Of a stretch of 64,000 bases of DNA, positions 37,259-47,862 are shown in pieces. The notes beneath the pieces were generated by a model. It saw nothing but the letters and a program-made list of their open reading frames with translations, did not search any database and was not told where the DNA came from. Within the stretch, counting starts at the first letter, position 1, and every line of letters begins with the position of its first letter. Origin of the DNA: Acidobacteriota bacterium (GTDB lineage: Bacteria > Acidobacteriota > UBA6911); assembly GCA_965249005.1 (NCBI GenBank), contig CBDFLD010000022.1:1040247-1104246 (forward strand), written 5' to 3'. Position numbers and translations under genes: made by a program.

Positions 37259-39948
37259 CTAGGTCACTCGGTTTGGTGGATCGAATAGAGCTTCGTGCCG
37301 TGGCGGTTCTGAGGACTCGCCGAAGCAGTCGCTGCCCTGGTTGGCGATATCGAAGTTGATCACAAAGGTCCGCGACTGGATCTCGGAAAGCTCTCCCATC
37401 AGCGGCTCGATGCCGGTGGTGTTGAGCAAACACTTGGTGCGCTCGATGACGGTCTCGGTATCGGTGCCGCTCTTGCGCTTCTCCTTGGCGATCCCGGTGA
37501 GGCTGGTCAGCATGAAGGTGGTGAGGTCTTCGGTCATCTGGCGGGCTTCGATGTTGTCGAGCACGATGAGCGGGTTCTGTGAGCCGTCGGTGTAGTTTGG
37601 CGGCGTCGGTGGCCTTCTTGTGCTGGGGCTCGCCGTAAATGAGCGCCGAGATGAGTTTGCTGGCGATTGTCTTACCCGAGCCGGCGAGACCTTCGAAACG
37701 GGTCATGGGCCGGGTGCCGGTGAAATCGATCAGTAGGAAGCAGGACAGCCAGGAAATAATGAGAGCACGGTCCTGCTGGGAACAAGCGATGTTGTCGACC
37801 AGTATTTCCTCCAGCTTGCGGTCGGCTTCTTCCAGATCGGCATCGGCGAGGAACTGAAGGGGTTTCATCTTCCGGGAGCCTTCGAGGATGATCTTGTTGG
37901 CATTGCCGCCGTTTTTAAGAACCTCGATGCCATCGGGCGTGATCTTGACGATCTCTTGTGCGTCGTTGTTGAGGTTGAAGTAGACCGTTTGGTTGGGAAC
38001 GTCGGTGTGTAGCCACGAGAAGTGGTCCTGCATCTCCCCGTGGATCAGGGCCAAGCTGGACAGCACTTCGAAGAAGATGCGCCCGCTGCCCGTGGGCGGC
38101 ACCAGACCGGTCTGTTTGTAGAGCATGGCCGAGTACTGGCGTTTGCGCCCCCGGTCGGCCGAATCCATCCAGTAGATGGTGTTGTCGAAGTAAACAAACG
38201 GTTCGCCGTGGCGGGTGTAGAAGAACTGCGCGGCGCCGTGATCCGTGAACCACTGGTAGGCAGCCTCGGCGACCAGGGTGTAGTCGGGGGCCTGCCCGTC
38301 CGGGGTCTCCAACAACACCTCATTGATCCGGGCTCGGCAGGAGCCGGCTGGCGCATTGGTGAGATGTTTCTTGCGGATATTCTGGCTATGTTTTTCTTGC
38401 CGGGCTTGTTCCTTGAGCTCCTTTTTCACGGCCCGCACCTGCTGGCGCAGCGTGGTGAGCGACAGGCTCGACTTCCCGAAACGCTCCTGGATGCGCTTCA
38501 GGTGACGGTTTTGCTCCAGCGGCGACAGCAACGCCACCTCATTCAGGATCGGCTCGAGCTGCTGGTTGCGGGCTGATTCGGCGACATCGGTGGGCAGCCG
38601 GTCGATGCCGAATTCAAGCGGTGTCGTGGCCTCGCCGAGTAGCGTTTCGAACTCCGTGGCCGTGTGGCCGGAGGCAAAGTAGTCGTTGACATCGATCTTG
38701 GCCGCAGCGAGCAGACCTTCGGCTTCCTCCATGTCTTCGGAGCCCCGACCGTTGAGGTGATCGGGGAGATCTCCCGCTCCGACAGCCGCATCCAGATCGA
38801 AGCGTTCCCGTAACTCGCGCCGGGCTTGTTGCTGGGTCTCATCCAGAGGCAGAACGACCAGTTTCGTTTCGATCTTGTGCCCGGTGAGGACGCTTGCAGT
38901 CTTGAGCGCGCCGTTCAAGCCCACCTGAGAGACTTCGTTGTCCTGGCAGATGTAAACCGTCTTTATGCCCTGGAGCTTGGGCAACAGGCGACTCCAGTCT
39001 GATTCTCGGATGTGCACCGTGACCGGGGAGACGACGGGGAAGCCGCGCTCCATCAGAGCGATGCAGTCGGTGACGCCCTCGGTGATGATGACGCGATCGG
39101 GCCGGGTGAGCAGGCAGTCTTCGTTATAGAGGTGGCTGTTGTTGATCGAGGGCGCGATGTAGTGGTTCTTGCGGTCGTTGTGGACCCGAAGCTTCTTGTA
39201 TTTGCCCCGCTCATACTCGTTGTCGGGCGTCCAGGGCGTCTGGCGTCCGATCATGAATACGACGCGGCCACGGCTCCAGTAGGGGAAGATGATGCGCCGA
39301 TGAGATATTGTCAAATGTTGTGGATGGGTCCTTTCGTTTGGTCAGGGCGGAGAGGACGCCACGGTATTCTGTTCCGTTGTCTTGGCAGGCGCCGTTGGTG
39401 GCAAAGCCGATTTGGAGGGAATCGATGGTCTCGTCTGAGATCCCGTAGTGGGCATGCAGCCACTCCAAGACTTTGGGCGACTCCTTTAGCCGCCGGTGGT
39501 AGAACGCCGCCAGTTCCGTCAGCGCTTCCTGGACCCGCACCTCCAGCTTCCGCTCCGCCTCGATCTTCTGCAGTTGCTCGGGGGAAAGTCCGTACTGACC
39601 GAGCGGCGGCAAAGAGACCTTGGCGGCCAGATAGTCGCGGGCCCGCTTGTGGGTCTCGGGCATGGGACCGGATCGCCCGGCGGTGACGGTCCTGGATTGG
39701 ATGAACTCGACCAGCTGTAGCACGTCGCCCCCCTTGCGGCAGGCATGGCAAAAGAAGCCTTGCTTGTCGAGCCAGACGTGAAGCGAGAGGCGGCTCGTGC
39801 TCTTGTGGTGGGGGCAATCGCATTGCAGGAGGCCGTTGGTTTCGGCCGTGATGCGGGGACCGAGGAGCTCGCGAGCCACCTGACCGATGTCGACCTCGGT
39901 GATCTGCCGGTAGTATTCCTGGACGTTGCCCGGTGGTGTATTGCTCAT
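37259..39948 (-). pseudogene. DNA primase-helicase (zinc finger, TOPRIM, P-loop), multiply frameshifted and truncated
   Basis: CPHH...CHAC zinc finger; IITEGVTD and QDNE TOPRIM; GLAGSGKT; frame breaks at ~39310 and 37596-37598. Confidence 0.85.
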
Positions 39949-42149
39949 ATCGGGTCCTCGTAATCTGCGAGAAGGAAAGACAGAAATGTTCTCCTCGCGT
40001 CGAGATGGCGCTTCCTGGCGCAGTTGGCGATGCCCCAGTGATCCCCGACGATGACGACCGCTTCCTTGGCCCGGGTCACGCCGGTGTAGAAGAGATTGCG
40101 GTGGTGCATGAAGGAGTGAGACTTGTGCACGACGACGACGGCGCCGGGGAACTCCGAGCCTTGTGCCTTGTGGATGGTGAGCGCGTAGGCCAGCTCGATA
40201 TCGGACCGGTTCGGCGAGCCGGATTTGATATTGACCGGCATGCCGTCAAACGTGATCCGCAGTGAGCCATCGTTGGCGACCTCGGTGATGGTGCCCACCG
40301 CGCCGTTCATCACCCCGAGGGCGTAGTTGTTGCGGGTCTGGATGACCTTGTCGTGAACCAACAACTGGGGTCGGCGTCCCGGCTTGGGCTCTGGCGCCTC
40401 GACGCCCCAGAGCTTGGCCTGGATCAGCCGTTGCAGCGCCAGGTTGAGCGCCCGGGTGCCAAGCGGACCCTTGTGAGTCGGGGTCAGCACCTGGATGTCG
40501 TCCCGCAGGTCGAACCCGAGGCGCTCCGAGAGCACGGTCTCGAACAGCTTGAGCAGGAAGTGCTGCGCGTCGTCTGGATCGGTGAACTGATCTACCAGGT
40601 ACCAGGCGCGCCGGCCTGAGGCCTCCAGCTCACTGGTCTTGCGAACCTGGCCGGCCAGCACGGCAATGCTGTTCTCCTTAAGCACCCCGGCTTGGCGGAC
40701 CACCTGGTCGAGCACAACGGTGGGTACGGCCCGGGTCTCGACCAGATCGCGCAGCAGGTTCCCTGGACCCACGGGCGGCAGCTGATTGTGATCGCCCACC
40801 AGCACCACGGCGGTCCGCTTGAGATGGATGGACCGGAACAGGTGCCAGGCCAGGGGAACATCGACCATCGACACTTCGTCGACGATGACGACGTCGGCCA
40901 TGATGGGGTCCTCGGGTCCGCGGGCGAACGACTTGCCGTCGAACCCGAGCAGCCGGTGGAGGGTGCTGGCCCGGCGTCCGGAGAGCTCCTCGAGACGCTG
41001 GGCCGCCTTGCCAGTGGGTGCGGCCAGGATCACCCGCAAGCCCTGCTCGTCGTAAATTCGGGTGAGCGCGGCAACGGTGTAGGACTTGCCGCTCCCGGCG
41101 CCGCCGCTGATCAACGTGATGGTGTGCGAGAGCGCCGTCAGGACGGCCTCGTGTTGGCCCGGAAGGAGCGTCGGCGCCAGCTCGTCGATAAGATCGGGCA
41201 GTTCCTCCGCCTCGGGAAAATGTGGGTTGGGCGCCTCGCCTTTGCCGAGCGTCTTGGCCAGGTCCTCTTCCATCCGGCGGATGTCCGGTCGCGCGACGAG
41301 AAATAGGCCGCCGTGGGACGCGCAGGTGAACGCACCGCCGTCGATGAGGGATTTGAGCGACTGCTCGATAAGGGCCCGGCTGTCGAGCGCGTCCATGACG
41401 AGCAGCGCGTTGGCCCGCTCGATCAATTCCTCGAACTCGATCCAGCAATCACCTTGGTCCAATGCCGACGTGACGCAGTCGAGAATGCCGGCCCGGATGC
41501 GGGCCGGGTTGTCCTTGGCGGTCCCCATCCGGCGGGCGATCCTGTCGACCCGCTTGAAGCCGAAGCCGCGGATCTCCCGAACAATGAGATAGGGATCGTC
41601 TTGGAGCAGGCCCAGGGCATCGTTGCCGAGCCTGTCGACCAGACTCGTGACTTGGTGGTGGGTGAGGCCGTAGGCCGCCAGCTGAGTCAGCGCCCGGTTG
41701 ACCTCTCGGGTCTTCTGCCACACCTCCCGCAGCCGCTCGACCGTCGCCAGGGGCAACTTCGCAGCCTCGGCGACGGCCTCCGGCTCTTCGACAATGACCC
41801 GGTCGAAATCCTTGCTGAAGCGTTCGGCGATCCGTTTCGCCTTGACCGGTCCGATCCCCTTGATGTCCGGGTGGTGAGCCAGGTAGTGCGCCAGTCCCTC
41901 CCCGTCCAGTTCGAGGTCATAGACGGCGGTCTCGACCTCGAGCTGCTGTCCGTACTGGGGATGCGTGACCCAATGGCCTTCCAGGATCACCTGATCCTGC
42001 TCGCGGGCGTAGAGCTTGCCGGCGAAGGAAACTTCATCGCCGTCGGAGGTGATCAGCCGCCCTGCGGAGAAACGAGCGCCGGCGTAATAGACGGCCTCGA
42101 TCCGTCCGCGAATCTTGGTGACTGTTGACGTTAAGGTTGTGGTTGCCAT
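39945..42149 (-). CDS. RecD2-like SF1B DNA helicase
   Basis: HhH motifs IKGIGPVKA and GFGFKRVD; GGAGSGKS, APTGKAA, DEVSMVD, GDHNQLPPVG, AYALTIHKAQGSEF, YTGVTRA. Confidence 0.93.
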   Translation of the reverse strand: MATTTLTSTVTKIRGRIEAVYYAGARFSAGRLITSDGDEVSFAGKLYAREQDQVILEGHWVTHPQYGQQLEVETAVYDLELDGEGLAHYLAHHPDIKGIGPVKAKRIAERFSKDFDRVIVEEPEAVAEAAKLPLATVERLREVWQKTREVNRALTQLAAYGLTHHQVTSLVDRLGNDALGLLQDDPYLIVREIRGFGFKRVDRIARRMGTAKDNPARIRAGILDCVTSALDQGDCWIEFEELIERANALLVMDALDSRALIEQSLKSLIDGGAFTCASHGGLFLVARPDIRRMEEDLAKTLGKGEAPNPHFPEAEELPDLIDELAPTLLPGQHEAVLTALSHTITLISGGAGSGKSYTVAALTRIYDEQGLRVILAAPTGKAAQRLEELSGRRASTLHRLLGFDGKSFARGPEDPIMADVVIVDEVSMVDVPLAWHLFRSIHLKRTAVVLVGDHNQLPPVGPGNLLRDLVETRAVPTVVLDQVVRQAGVLKENSIAVLAGQVRKTSELEASGRRAWYLVDQFTDPDDAQHFLLKLFETVLSERLGFDLRDDIQVLTPTHKGPLGTRALNLALQRLIQAKLWGVEAPEPKPGRRPQLLVHDKVIQTRNNYALGVMNGAVGTITEVANDGSLRITFDGMPVNIKSGSPNRSDIELAYALTIHKAQGSEFPGAVVVVHKSHSFMHHRNLFYTGVTRAKEAVVIVGDHWGIANCARKRHLDARRTFLSFLLADYEDPI

Positions 42150-42637
42150 TGGGTCGATGCGATTCGATGTGTTCTTCGCAAATAGCCTTCGACAAACGTC
42201 CGGGCCCCCTGGCGGTCGGAGCAAAAAAAGACCGGGGTACGGAAGTCGACGACGATGGACAAAACGGCTCCAAGCACGGCGTTGGGATGGGCTCCGGAGC
42301 GATACCGCTCAGCCAGGATGTCGGCGAGGTTGGCCTCGACCACGATGCAGGCGGCCTTGAAATCTGCGAGCCGCTTGAGCTCCCTTCGGAACCGTTTCCG
42401 GGAACGAATGACAGTCGAGACCAGGTCCTCGAGGGTCTTGCGTTCCACCGCCACCTGGTGCTCCCATCCATCGAGGGAGTAGTCCCCGGCGGGCAGGGCC
42501 CGGCGCGTGGCCGTCACGCCTTCCGAATCGAAGGTGTAGGGCTCCTGTTCCCGCGTGTCGACAACGACCGTGATCCGATCTGTTCCTGCCTGCCGCTCAG
42601 GACCCGGCGCAAGCCGGTTAGAACGGGGCGAGCGCAT
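42131..42637 (-). CDS. ERCC4-domain nuclease
   Basis: VDTREQ, GDYS and VERKTLEDL motifs; start uncertain. Confidence 0.88.
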   Translation of the reverse strand: MRSPRSNRLAPGPERQAGTDRITVVVDTREQEPYTFDSEGVTATRRALPAGDYSLDGWEHQVAVERKTLEDLVSTVIRSRKRFRRELKRLADFKAACIVVEANLADILAERYRSGAHPNAVLGAVLSIVVDFRTPVFFCSDRQGARTFVEGYLRRTHRIASTQWQPQP

Positions 42638-43103
42638 CCTGGGCCCCAGCCTCGGAGTTCTCGTCGTCCTCAATCACCAGGCGCCGGTTGAGGTAGACGT
42701 TTTCAAAATCCCCATTCGTCCGCTTGGTCACTTCGAGCTTCACGCCTGTGAGCTGGCCGAGGTGCTTGTACAGATCGGAGAGCTTTTCGAGATCCAATCC
42801 GCAGGTGTGCAGATCCGTCTTGAGCCACTTGATGTTTTCGCGGCTGGCAATGATGTTGTTGCGCCACAGCAGGCGTCCCCGGAACCGGGGCGCGAGGATG
42901 CGCAGGGTCCACTTGAGCATCGGATTACCCGAGCTCTTCGCCCGGACCAGCTCCACCTGGTCGACGTTGACCTGGTACTTGCCGTCCGGGACCGGCTCGA
43001 ACTCCCTCTCTTCAACTTCGGCTTCGGTATAGTCGTCCGCGAAGTCGGTCAGATCGATGTCTGAGCCGGGTGAGTGATGTTGTCCGTAGTTTTCGTTTGG
43101 CAT
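42618..43103 (-). CDS. DUF669-family protein (phage SSB-like)
   Basis: FEPVPDGKYQV, SSGNPML, acidic tail ending APF; located downstream of the AAA ATPase. Confidence 0.8.
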   Translation of the reverse strand: MPNENYGQHHSPGSDIDLTDFADDYTEAEVEEREFEPVPDGKYQVNVDQVELVRAKSSGNPMLKWTLRILAPRFRGRLLWRNNIIASRENIKWLKTDLHTCGLDLEKLSDLYKHLGQLTGVKLEVTKRTNGDFENVYLNRRLVIEDDENSEAGAQDALAPF

Positions 43104-43108
43104 GGTCC

Positions 43109-44944
43109 TTATCCTCCATTTCGGGGTGTGTTGGGCTGGGGCTTCGGATCGCCAGCCTTGGCCGCGGCCGCCGGCTTGGTGGCCTGAGCGGCGGGCCGGT
43201 GGAACGCTTCGGTGAAGGTGGCGAAGTCGAGATCGATGGTCTCGGGCAGACGGCCCGTCCGGTCTCCGGCTTCGTAGTGCGGGCTGGGCTTGGTGCGCAT
43301 GACCCGGCGGTAGGTGGTCTTGCCCTCCTCGTCGGTCACCGCTTCCAGATCGCAGTAGAGGATGAGATCGACCATCCCCAGCACGATCTTGCGGGCCTTA
43401 TCCGGCAGGGTCGGAACGATCCGGGTGTACTTGCCCGTCCGCGTCTCGATCTCCCGCTCCACAGAATGGGAAACCAGGAACAGGCCGTAGGGCAGGAAGG
43501 CCAGCTTGGTGAGGACGCGGTGGAACTCGTTGTTGATCAGCGCCCAACCCTTGCCGTAGCCGAGATCGGACTCGTGCTCGATCTTGAACTTGGCGCAGAC
43601 GTGCTCGGCGCACATCCGGTAGGCGTTGTCGATGGTGTCGATGATGATGGTTTTAAACGAGTGCTTGCCTTCGGCGATCTCGCTGCAGGCAGCCAGCAGC
43701 TGATCCCAGGACTGGATCGGCGCCTGGTAGACATCCAGCGCGTTCAGCCCCGGCTCGGTGGCCAGGAAGAGCGCGTTCTCGGCCTGGCTGCACTAGCTTG
43801 AGTTGTGGACGATGAAATCGTTCGCCACGAAGTTGCGGCTCTCGTCGATCGTCAGGTCGTAGACCGGCTCGACGACGGTCGGTTCGATGCGCACGACGCG
43901 GTCGAAGAGGATGGGGCCGACGCGGTCGAGCTGCGTCTCGGCGCCACGCACCTGGTAAAGCGCCTGGCGCACCGCCTCGGCCCGCACCGCTTTCTCGCCG
44001 ATGAACCCGATCTGGTCGAGGTAGGCGAGCACATGGGCCTTACTCGCGATGAGGATCTCGGCACCGTAGGGCTCGCCGTGGAGCGAGCGCTCCCGCATCA
44101 CCGACACGATCCCGAAGCGCAGCAGAAGGTGCTGGATCTCGCGCACCATGCGTACCGACGTCGAGCTGTAACTCACGCGTCCGCTCGCCTCGACCGATCC
44201 GTCGCACGTGAAGAGCCGGTTGAGGAAGAGCCGCAGTTTGTGCTTCTTCAGCCCGAAGACGAAGTCCGGGATGAACTTCTCGGCAGAGCGCAGACCGTGC
44301 AGCCCGACCTTCTTGAGGTGCGCGATCACGTTGTTGCGGCTGCCCGACTGACCGCGCACCCGCACGTGCGTGACGCCGGCCTCGTTGGTGAACTCCACGC
44401 ACTCGTCGCCCTTGGCCTCGACCGCCGCCTCGAAATCCATGCGCACTTCGGGATCGACCTTCGTGAAGACCGGCGACGAGCCCTTCGCGAGCGAGCCGTC
44501 GGCCAAAAGGTAGGCGAGAATCTTGACCAGTTCGTCGTCCGTACCGCCGTGGCCAAAGAGGTTCGGGTACTCGGCCACGACGGCCACGCGGTCGCTCACG
44601 GTCAGTTCCTCAAGCGGCTTCCATCCCTCGCGCGTGAGAAACGGATGGCTCGCCGTCGCCTCGATCGTGCGACCGGTCTGCGTCGTGAGCCGGCAGAGCT
44701 GCTCGGGCTCGTTGGTGACGTAGGCGCGGGGTCGCTCGGCGACGAGGAGGCCCGCCTCCCTCATGGTCAGGACGTCGCCCGCACCCTTGGCGACCAGATC
44801 CCGCAGTGAGACGGGGCGGCCGCTGTGCGCGTCGATGAGCTGCGTGTCGCCCCTGAGGCACTTGCCTATCTTGCTGCGCCCGTAGGCGAGCACCGTCAGG
44901 TCGGCCAGGTTCTGTTTTTGGGGTGTGGTCTTGTTGGGTAGCAC
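43109..44944 (-). pseudogene. AAA_24/Sak4-like ATPase containing an intein, with an in-frame TAG at 43793-43795
   Basis: Exteins join as YGRSKIGK|SS*CSQAENALFLATEPGL...IIIDTID in one frame; AGGAGA RBS before GTG 44944. Confidence 0.85.
43802..44860 (-). mobile_element. intein with LAGLIDADG homing endonuclease (353 aa)
   Basis: Starts CLRGDT; block B ATASHPF; LAYLLADGS and FLNRLFTCDGS; ends VYDLT...NFVANDFIVHN followed by Ser; inserted in the Walker A GK|S. Confidence 0.95.
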
Positions 44945-44970
44945 GATGTGTTCTCCTTTCATCTGGGTTC

Positions 44971-46005
44971 TCAAAATGGGAGGTCGTCGATGGATGAGGA
45001 TTCGTCTCCGCCGCCGGCCTCCCGTAGCTCTTCATGCGGGGGGACCTTCTGGTAGAGGTTCTCCGCAACGACTGGACTGCCGCCCGCCTGACACAACGGC
45101 AGGTAGGCGCAAGGGCGGCGGTAGTGAAAACAAAAGGCCGTGTTCTGGTAGAAGACGCCGCGCCGGCGCGCTTCGAGATACGCCTGGGTCAGCTCCCAAA
45201 GCTCGGCCTGCAACTCCTTGAAGCGGTCGCGGGAGACGTAGAGCCGCTCCCGGTGGAACATCGCAGGCTCGGCGTACTTGGCCGACAGCCGCTCCTGGAA
45301 GGCTTCGTCACTTTCCGGCAGCTTGCGCTTGGCCGAGGTTTTTCCGGTCTTCGACTTGGCAATCAGCGCCGCCCGGCGGGCCTCATACTCGACTTCGGTC
45401 TCACCAAGGCTCTGCACCAGCCGTGCCTTGACGAGCACGTTGTAGAGGACGCCGGCGAGCCGGATGCCCAGGGTCTGCTCGACGTAGCGGGAGTAGAGGA
45501 CGATCTGAAAGTCGGTCCACAGACGCTCGAGATAGTCGCCGCCCAGCTGGGAGGCGGTCTTGTGTTCCAGCAGGTAGTGCTCCTCATTGATCCGGACGAC
45601 GCCGTCGATCTTCCCGGCCAAGGTAAAGCTGCGCGAAGAGGCGCCTGTTGCGGGATTGACGATCTTTCCTTCGAACGTTTTCTCGAGCGCGACGACCTCG
45701 AACTCCTCGTCGGTGTAACGGGTGGCGTAGCCTCGCATCATCGCGGTAGCCAAGTGCCAGTCGCGCTTCTCGTCGGCTTCTTGGTCTCGGTTCGGATAAG
45801 AGCGGTCGATGGTGTCGAGGACCGCGTCCAGTTGCCGGGTGGAGTGCCAGACTTCGAGGCACTGGTGGATCACGGTCCCCAAGGCCAAGTTGCGATCCCG
45901 CTCCAGTGGGACGAGCTCCTCGAGGTAACGCCACTCGAAAGCCTTGCGGCAGTTGCGGAACAGGCTCCACATCGAATAGGTCGAGATCGCCGGCTTGCCC
46001 ATCAC
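44971..46005 (-). CDS. PD-(D/E)XK nuclease (RecB-like exonuclease with probable Fe-S cysteines)
   Basis: N-terminal Cys, GTVIH, E...GKIDG...EHKT, Q..LY, and C-terminal CFHYRRPCAYLPLC. Confidence 0.88.
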   Translation of the reverse strand: MMGKPAISTYSMWSLFRNCRKAFEWRYLEELVPLERDRNLALGTVIHQCLEVWHSTRQLDAVLDTIDRSYPNRDQEADEKRDWHLATAMMRGYATRYTDEEFEVVALEKTFEGKIVNPATGASSRSFTLAGKIDGVVRINEEHYLLEHKTASQLGGDYLERLWTDFQIVLYSRYVEQTLGIRLAGVLYNVLVKARLVQSLGETEVEYEARRAALIAKSKTGKTSAKRKLPESDEAFQERLSAKYAEPAMFHRERLYVSRDRFKELQAELWELTQAYLEARRRGVFYQNTAFCFHYRRPCAYLPLCQAGGSPVVAENLYQKVPPHEELREAGGGDESSSIDDLPF

Positions 46006-46316
46006 GCGGCTCCCTTGGCATTCATGGCCCTAGTGATCGGTGGAGGACCCGCGATCCGTTCGACCTTGAAGGCCTTCTCGCCGAACTCGCGGGTGATAAA
46101 GCCGGTGAAAATACGGGCGATGGCCCGGCCGACCTCGGTCGCCGCATCCACCACGCAGGAACGCTTGTCGTTGTCGAGACAAAAGGATGCGTCCAGGCGC
46201 ACCAGGGACCGGCCGTGCAGGCATTCGGTGGCGAGCACGGCCAGGAGCAACGACTGCTCGACTGCCCCGAGCGGCACCGTCGCGGCGAAGTGGTAGCGAT
46301 ACAGTTCTCGTTTCAT
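46002..46316 (-). CDS. hypothetical element protein
   Basis: AGGAGG RBS; first gene after promoter copy 2; GTGA overlap with the nuclease gene. Confidence 0.78.
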   Translation of the reverse strand: MKRELYRYHFAATVPLGAVEQSLLLAVLATECLHGRSLVRLDASFCLDNDKRSCVVDAATEVGRAIARIFTGFITREFGEKAFKVERIAGPPPITRAMNAKGAA

Positions 46317-46366
46317 TGCTTTGCCTCCTTCAGGTCTTGATCCGTTAGGAGGGCGCCCTCAAGTGA

Positions 46367-46394
46367 TACCTACCGGCGGCGAACGAAAAGTGTC
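46367..46394 (-). promoter_or_regulatory. putative element-specific ECF sigma promoter, copy 2
   Basis: GACAC-TTTTCGTTCGCCG-CCGGTAGGTA, immediately after the sigma gene. Confidence 0.72.
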
Positions 46395-46402
46395 GGCAGC
46401 CG

Positions 46403-46990
46403 TCACAAATAATCTTTCAAGCCGGCGTCCTCGAAGATCTCGCGCAGCTTCTTGACCGACTGGTAGAGCGTTGCGCGCGGAACGCCCGTGTCGCGGGAGA
46501 TCTCCGTGACCGATTCGGCCTTGAGGCGGCGGCATAGCTCGCCGAGCTCGGACGGCAGCGTTTCCAGCACCACGGCTACGTCGAGGGCCAGCGCGCGCAG
46601 CTCCTCCGGCGCTCTCGGCTCGACACCGATTCGCAGCAGGTAGTCCTCTTGGTCGAGGGTCTCTGCCCGCTCGACCGAGCGGCCCTCCTCCTCTTCCTCG
46701 AAGCGCTCGTTCAGCGAACACGGGCAGCGCCGGTAATCCCGTTTGTGGGCCGTCTGCTTCTCGATGAGAGTGGCGATCTTGTGCTCGACGACGCGGGCGA
46801 TGAAGGTGTTCCGCTTCGCGCGGCTGGGGTCGTACTTCGGCAGCCGGCGCAGCAGATCGAGGATCAATTCCTGCTCCAGATCGTCACGATCCGCGACCGT
46901 AAAACCCGCCTGTCCCACTAATTGCCGTGCTTTGAATCGGATAATCTCGACGGCATATGCATCGACGTCGTCGTACTTGTTGCGCCCCAT
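46403..46990 (-). CDS. ECF-like sigma-70 family sigma factor
   Basis: Region 2 (DRDDLEQEL, YDPSRAKRNTFIARV) and region 4 HTH (SVTEISRDTGVPRATLY); GAGGAGG RBS. Confidence 0.87.
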   Translation of the reverse strand: MGRNKYDDVDAYAVEIIRFKARQLVGQAGFTVADRDDLEQELILDLLRRLPKYDPSRAKRNTFIARVVEHKIATLIEKQTAHKRDYRRCPCSLNERFEEEEEGRSVERAETLDQEDYLLRIGVEPRAPEELRALALDVAVVLETLPSELGELCRRLKAESVTEISRDTGVPRATLYQSVKKLREIFEDAGLKDYL

Positions 46991-47055
46991 CGAGCCTCCT
47001 CGGGGCCGAGGAGGGGATCGCGTGGGTGTCGACCGGTACCGGGTCGGCCGCTCTC

Positions 47056-47125
47056 AAACGAAAAGAGCGGAAAGTGCGCTATGGAGGACGCCGGTTTCGG
47101 CGACACCCACAACGACCTCCGCTCT
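47056..47125 (-). terminator. long hairpin plus U-rich tail upstream of the sigma gene (terminator/attenuator or structured RNA)
   Basis: ~26 bp imperfect stem AGAGCGGAGGT-CGTTGTGG-GTCGCCG / CGGCGTC-CCATAGCG-ACTTTCCGCTCT followed by TTTCGTTT. Confidence 0.6.
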
Positions 47126-47182
47126 GCGGCCAGCCAGCTGTCTGGTGTAGGGACCGTGTTTTGTTACTTGTCAGGCTCGGGC

Positions 47183-47512
47183 TCAGACCCGAATCCCGTC
47201 CGCCACGGCCATGCGGACGGGAAGCCCGTTGTCAATCACGAGTTCCAGGATCTGCAGCGACCGCTCCCGGTCGAAGACCTCGAACAGTTCCGCCACCTTT
47301 TTCTTCAGGGCGAAGCCGTCAGTGGCGTGGCGGGCGTTCGGTCTGTTGTCCTTCCCGAACACGATGTGCCGCGCCACCCGGGGCGGTGGCTTGAACACGG
47401 GCTCCCGCTCCCGCACTTCGAGTTGTTCGATCCGCCCGTAATTCACCTCCTGCATCAGCTCGACGAGGCGTCGCCTGGCAGGAGTCAGGGCCGCCTTGGT
47501 CACATCCGTCAT
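47183..47512 (-). CDS. hypothetical element protein (109 aa)
   Basis: AAGGAGG RBS; MTDVTKAALTPARRRLVELMQEVNYGRIE. Confidence 0.78.
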   Translation of the reverse strand: MTDVTKAALTPARRRLVELMQEVNYGRIEQLEVREREPVFKPPPRVARHIVFGKDNRPNARHATDGFALKKKVAELFEVFDRERSLQILELVIDNGLPVRMAVADGIRV

Positions 47513-47862
47513 TTCCGGACCTCCTTTCGCGCTTTGGCGCATCAACGAAATCGCCCCCTGGGAGGCGGGTCCGGCGAGGGTTCCTCCCAGGGGGCGATGC
47601 CCGGATTTCCGGGCGGGGCCGTCGGGGGAAGAGCTCTCGTCGGAGCCTTCACCCCTCAATGGCGAAATTTCGTTGAAAGGCGGCGAGCGCCCGCAGAGGT
47701 TCGGGCGACAGAACAAGTAAACCGCTGGGATTCAGTCAGATAGGAGACTTAAGGAGGGGAACCTTTTTTGATTTTGTTTCCGCAGGCCCAGCGAAATTTC
47801 GCTGAACAGCACGGACGAACGCCTGAGATTCCCTCAGATCAGTGTTTACCCCTGAGCCGTGA

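Noticed and set aside
43793-43795. TAG as pyrrolysine or genetic-code reassignment
   Set aside because: TAG ends several ordinary genes here (e.g. 983, 4190, 19638) and no pyl genes are present; a TGG-to-TAG mutation is simpler.
44971-46005. Cas4 of a CRISPR system
   Set aside because: Context is a phage-type recombination operon with no cas1/cas2 or array.
45034-46296. 420 aa plus-strand ORF
   Set aside because: Shadow of the PD-(D/E)XK nuclease and its upstream gene.
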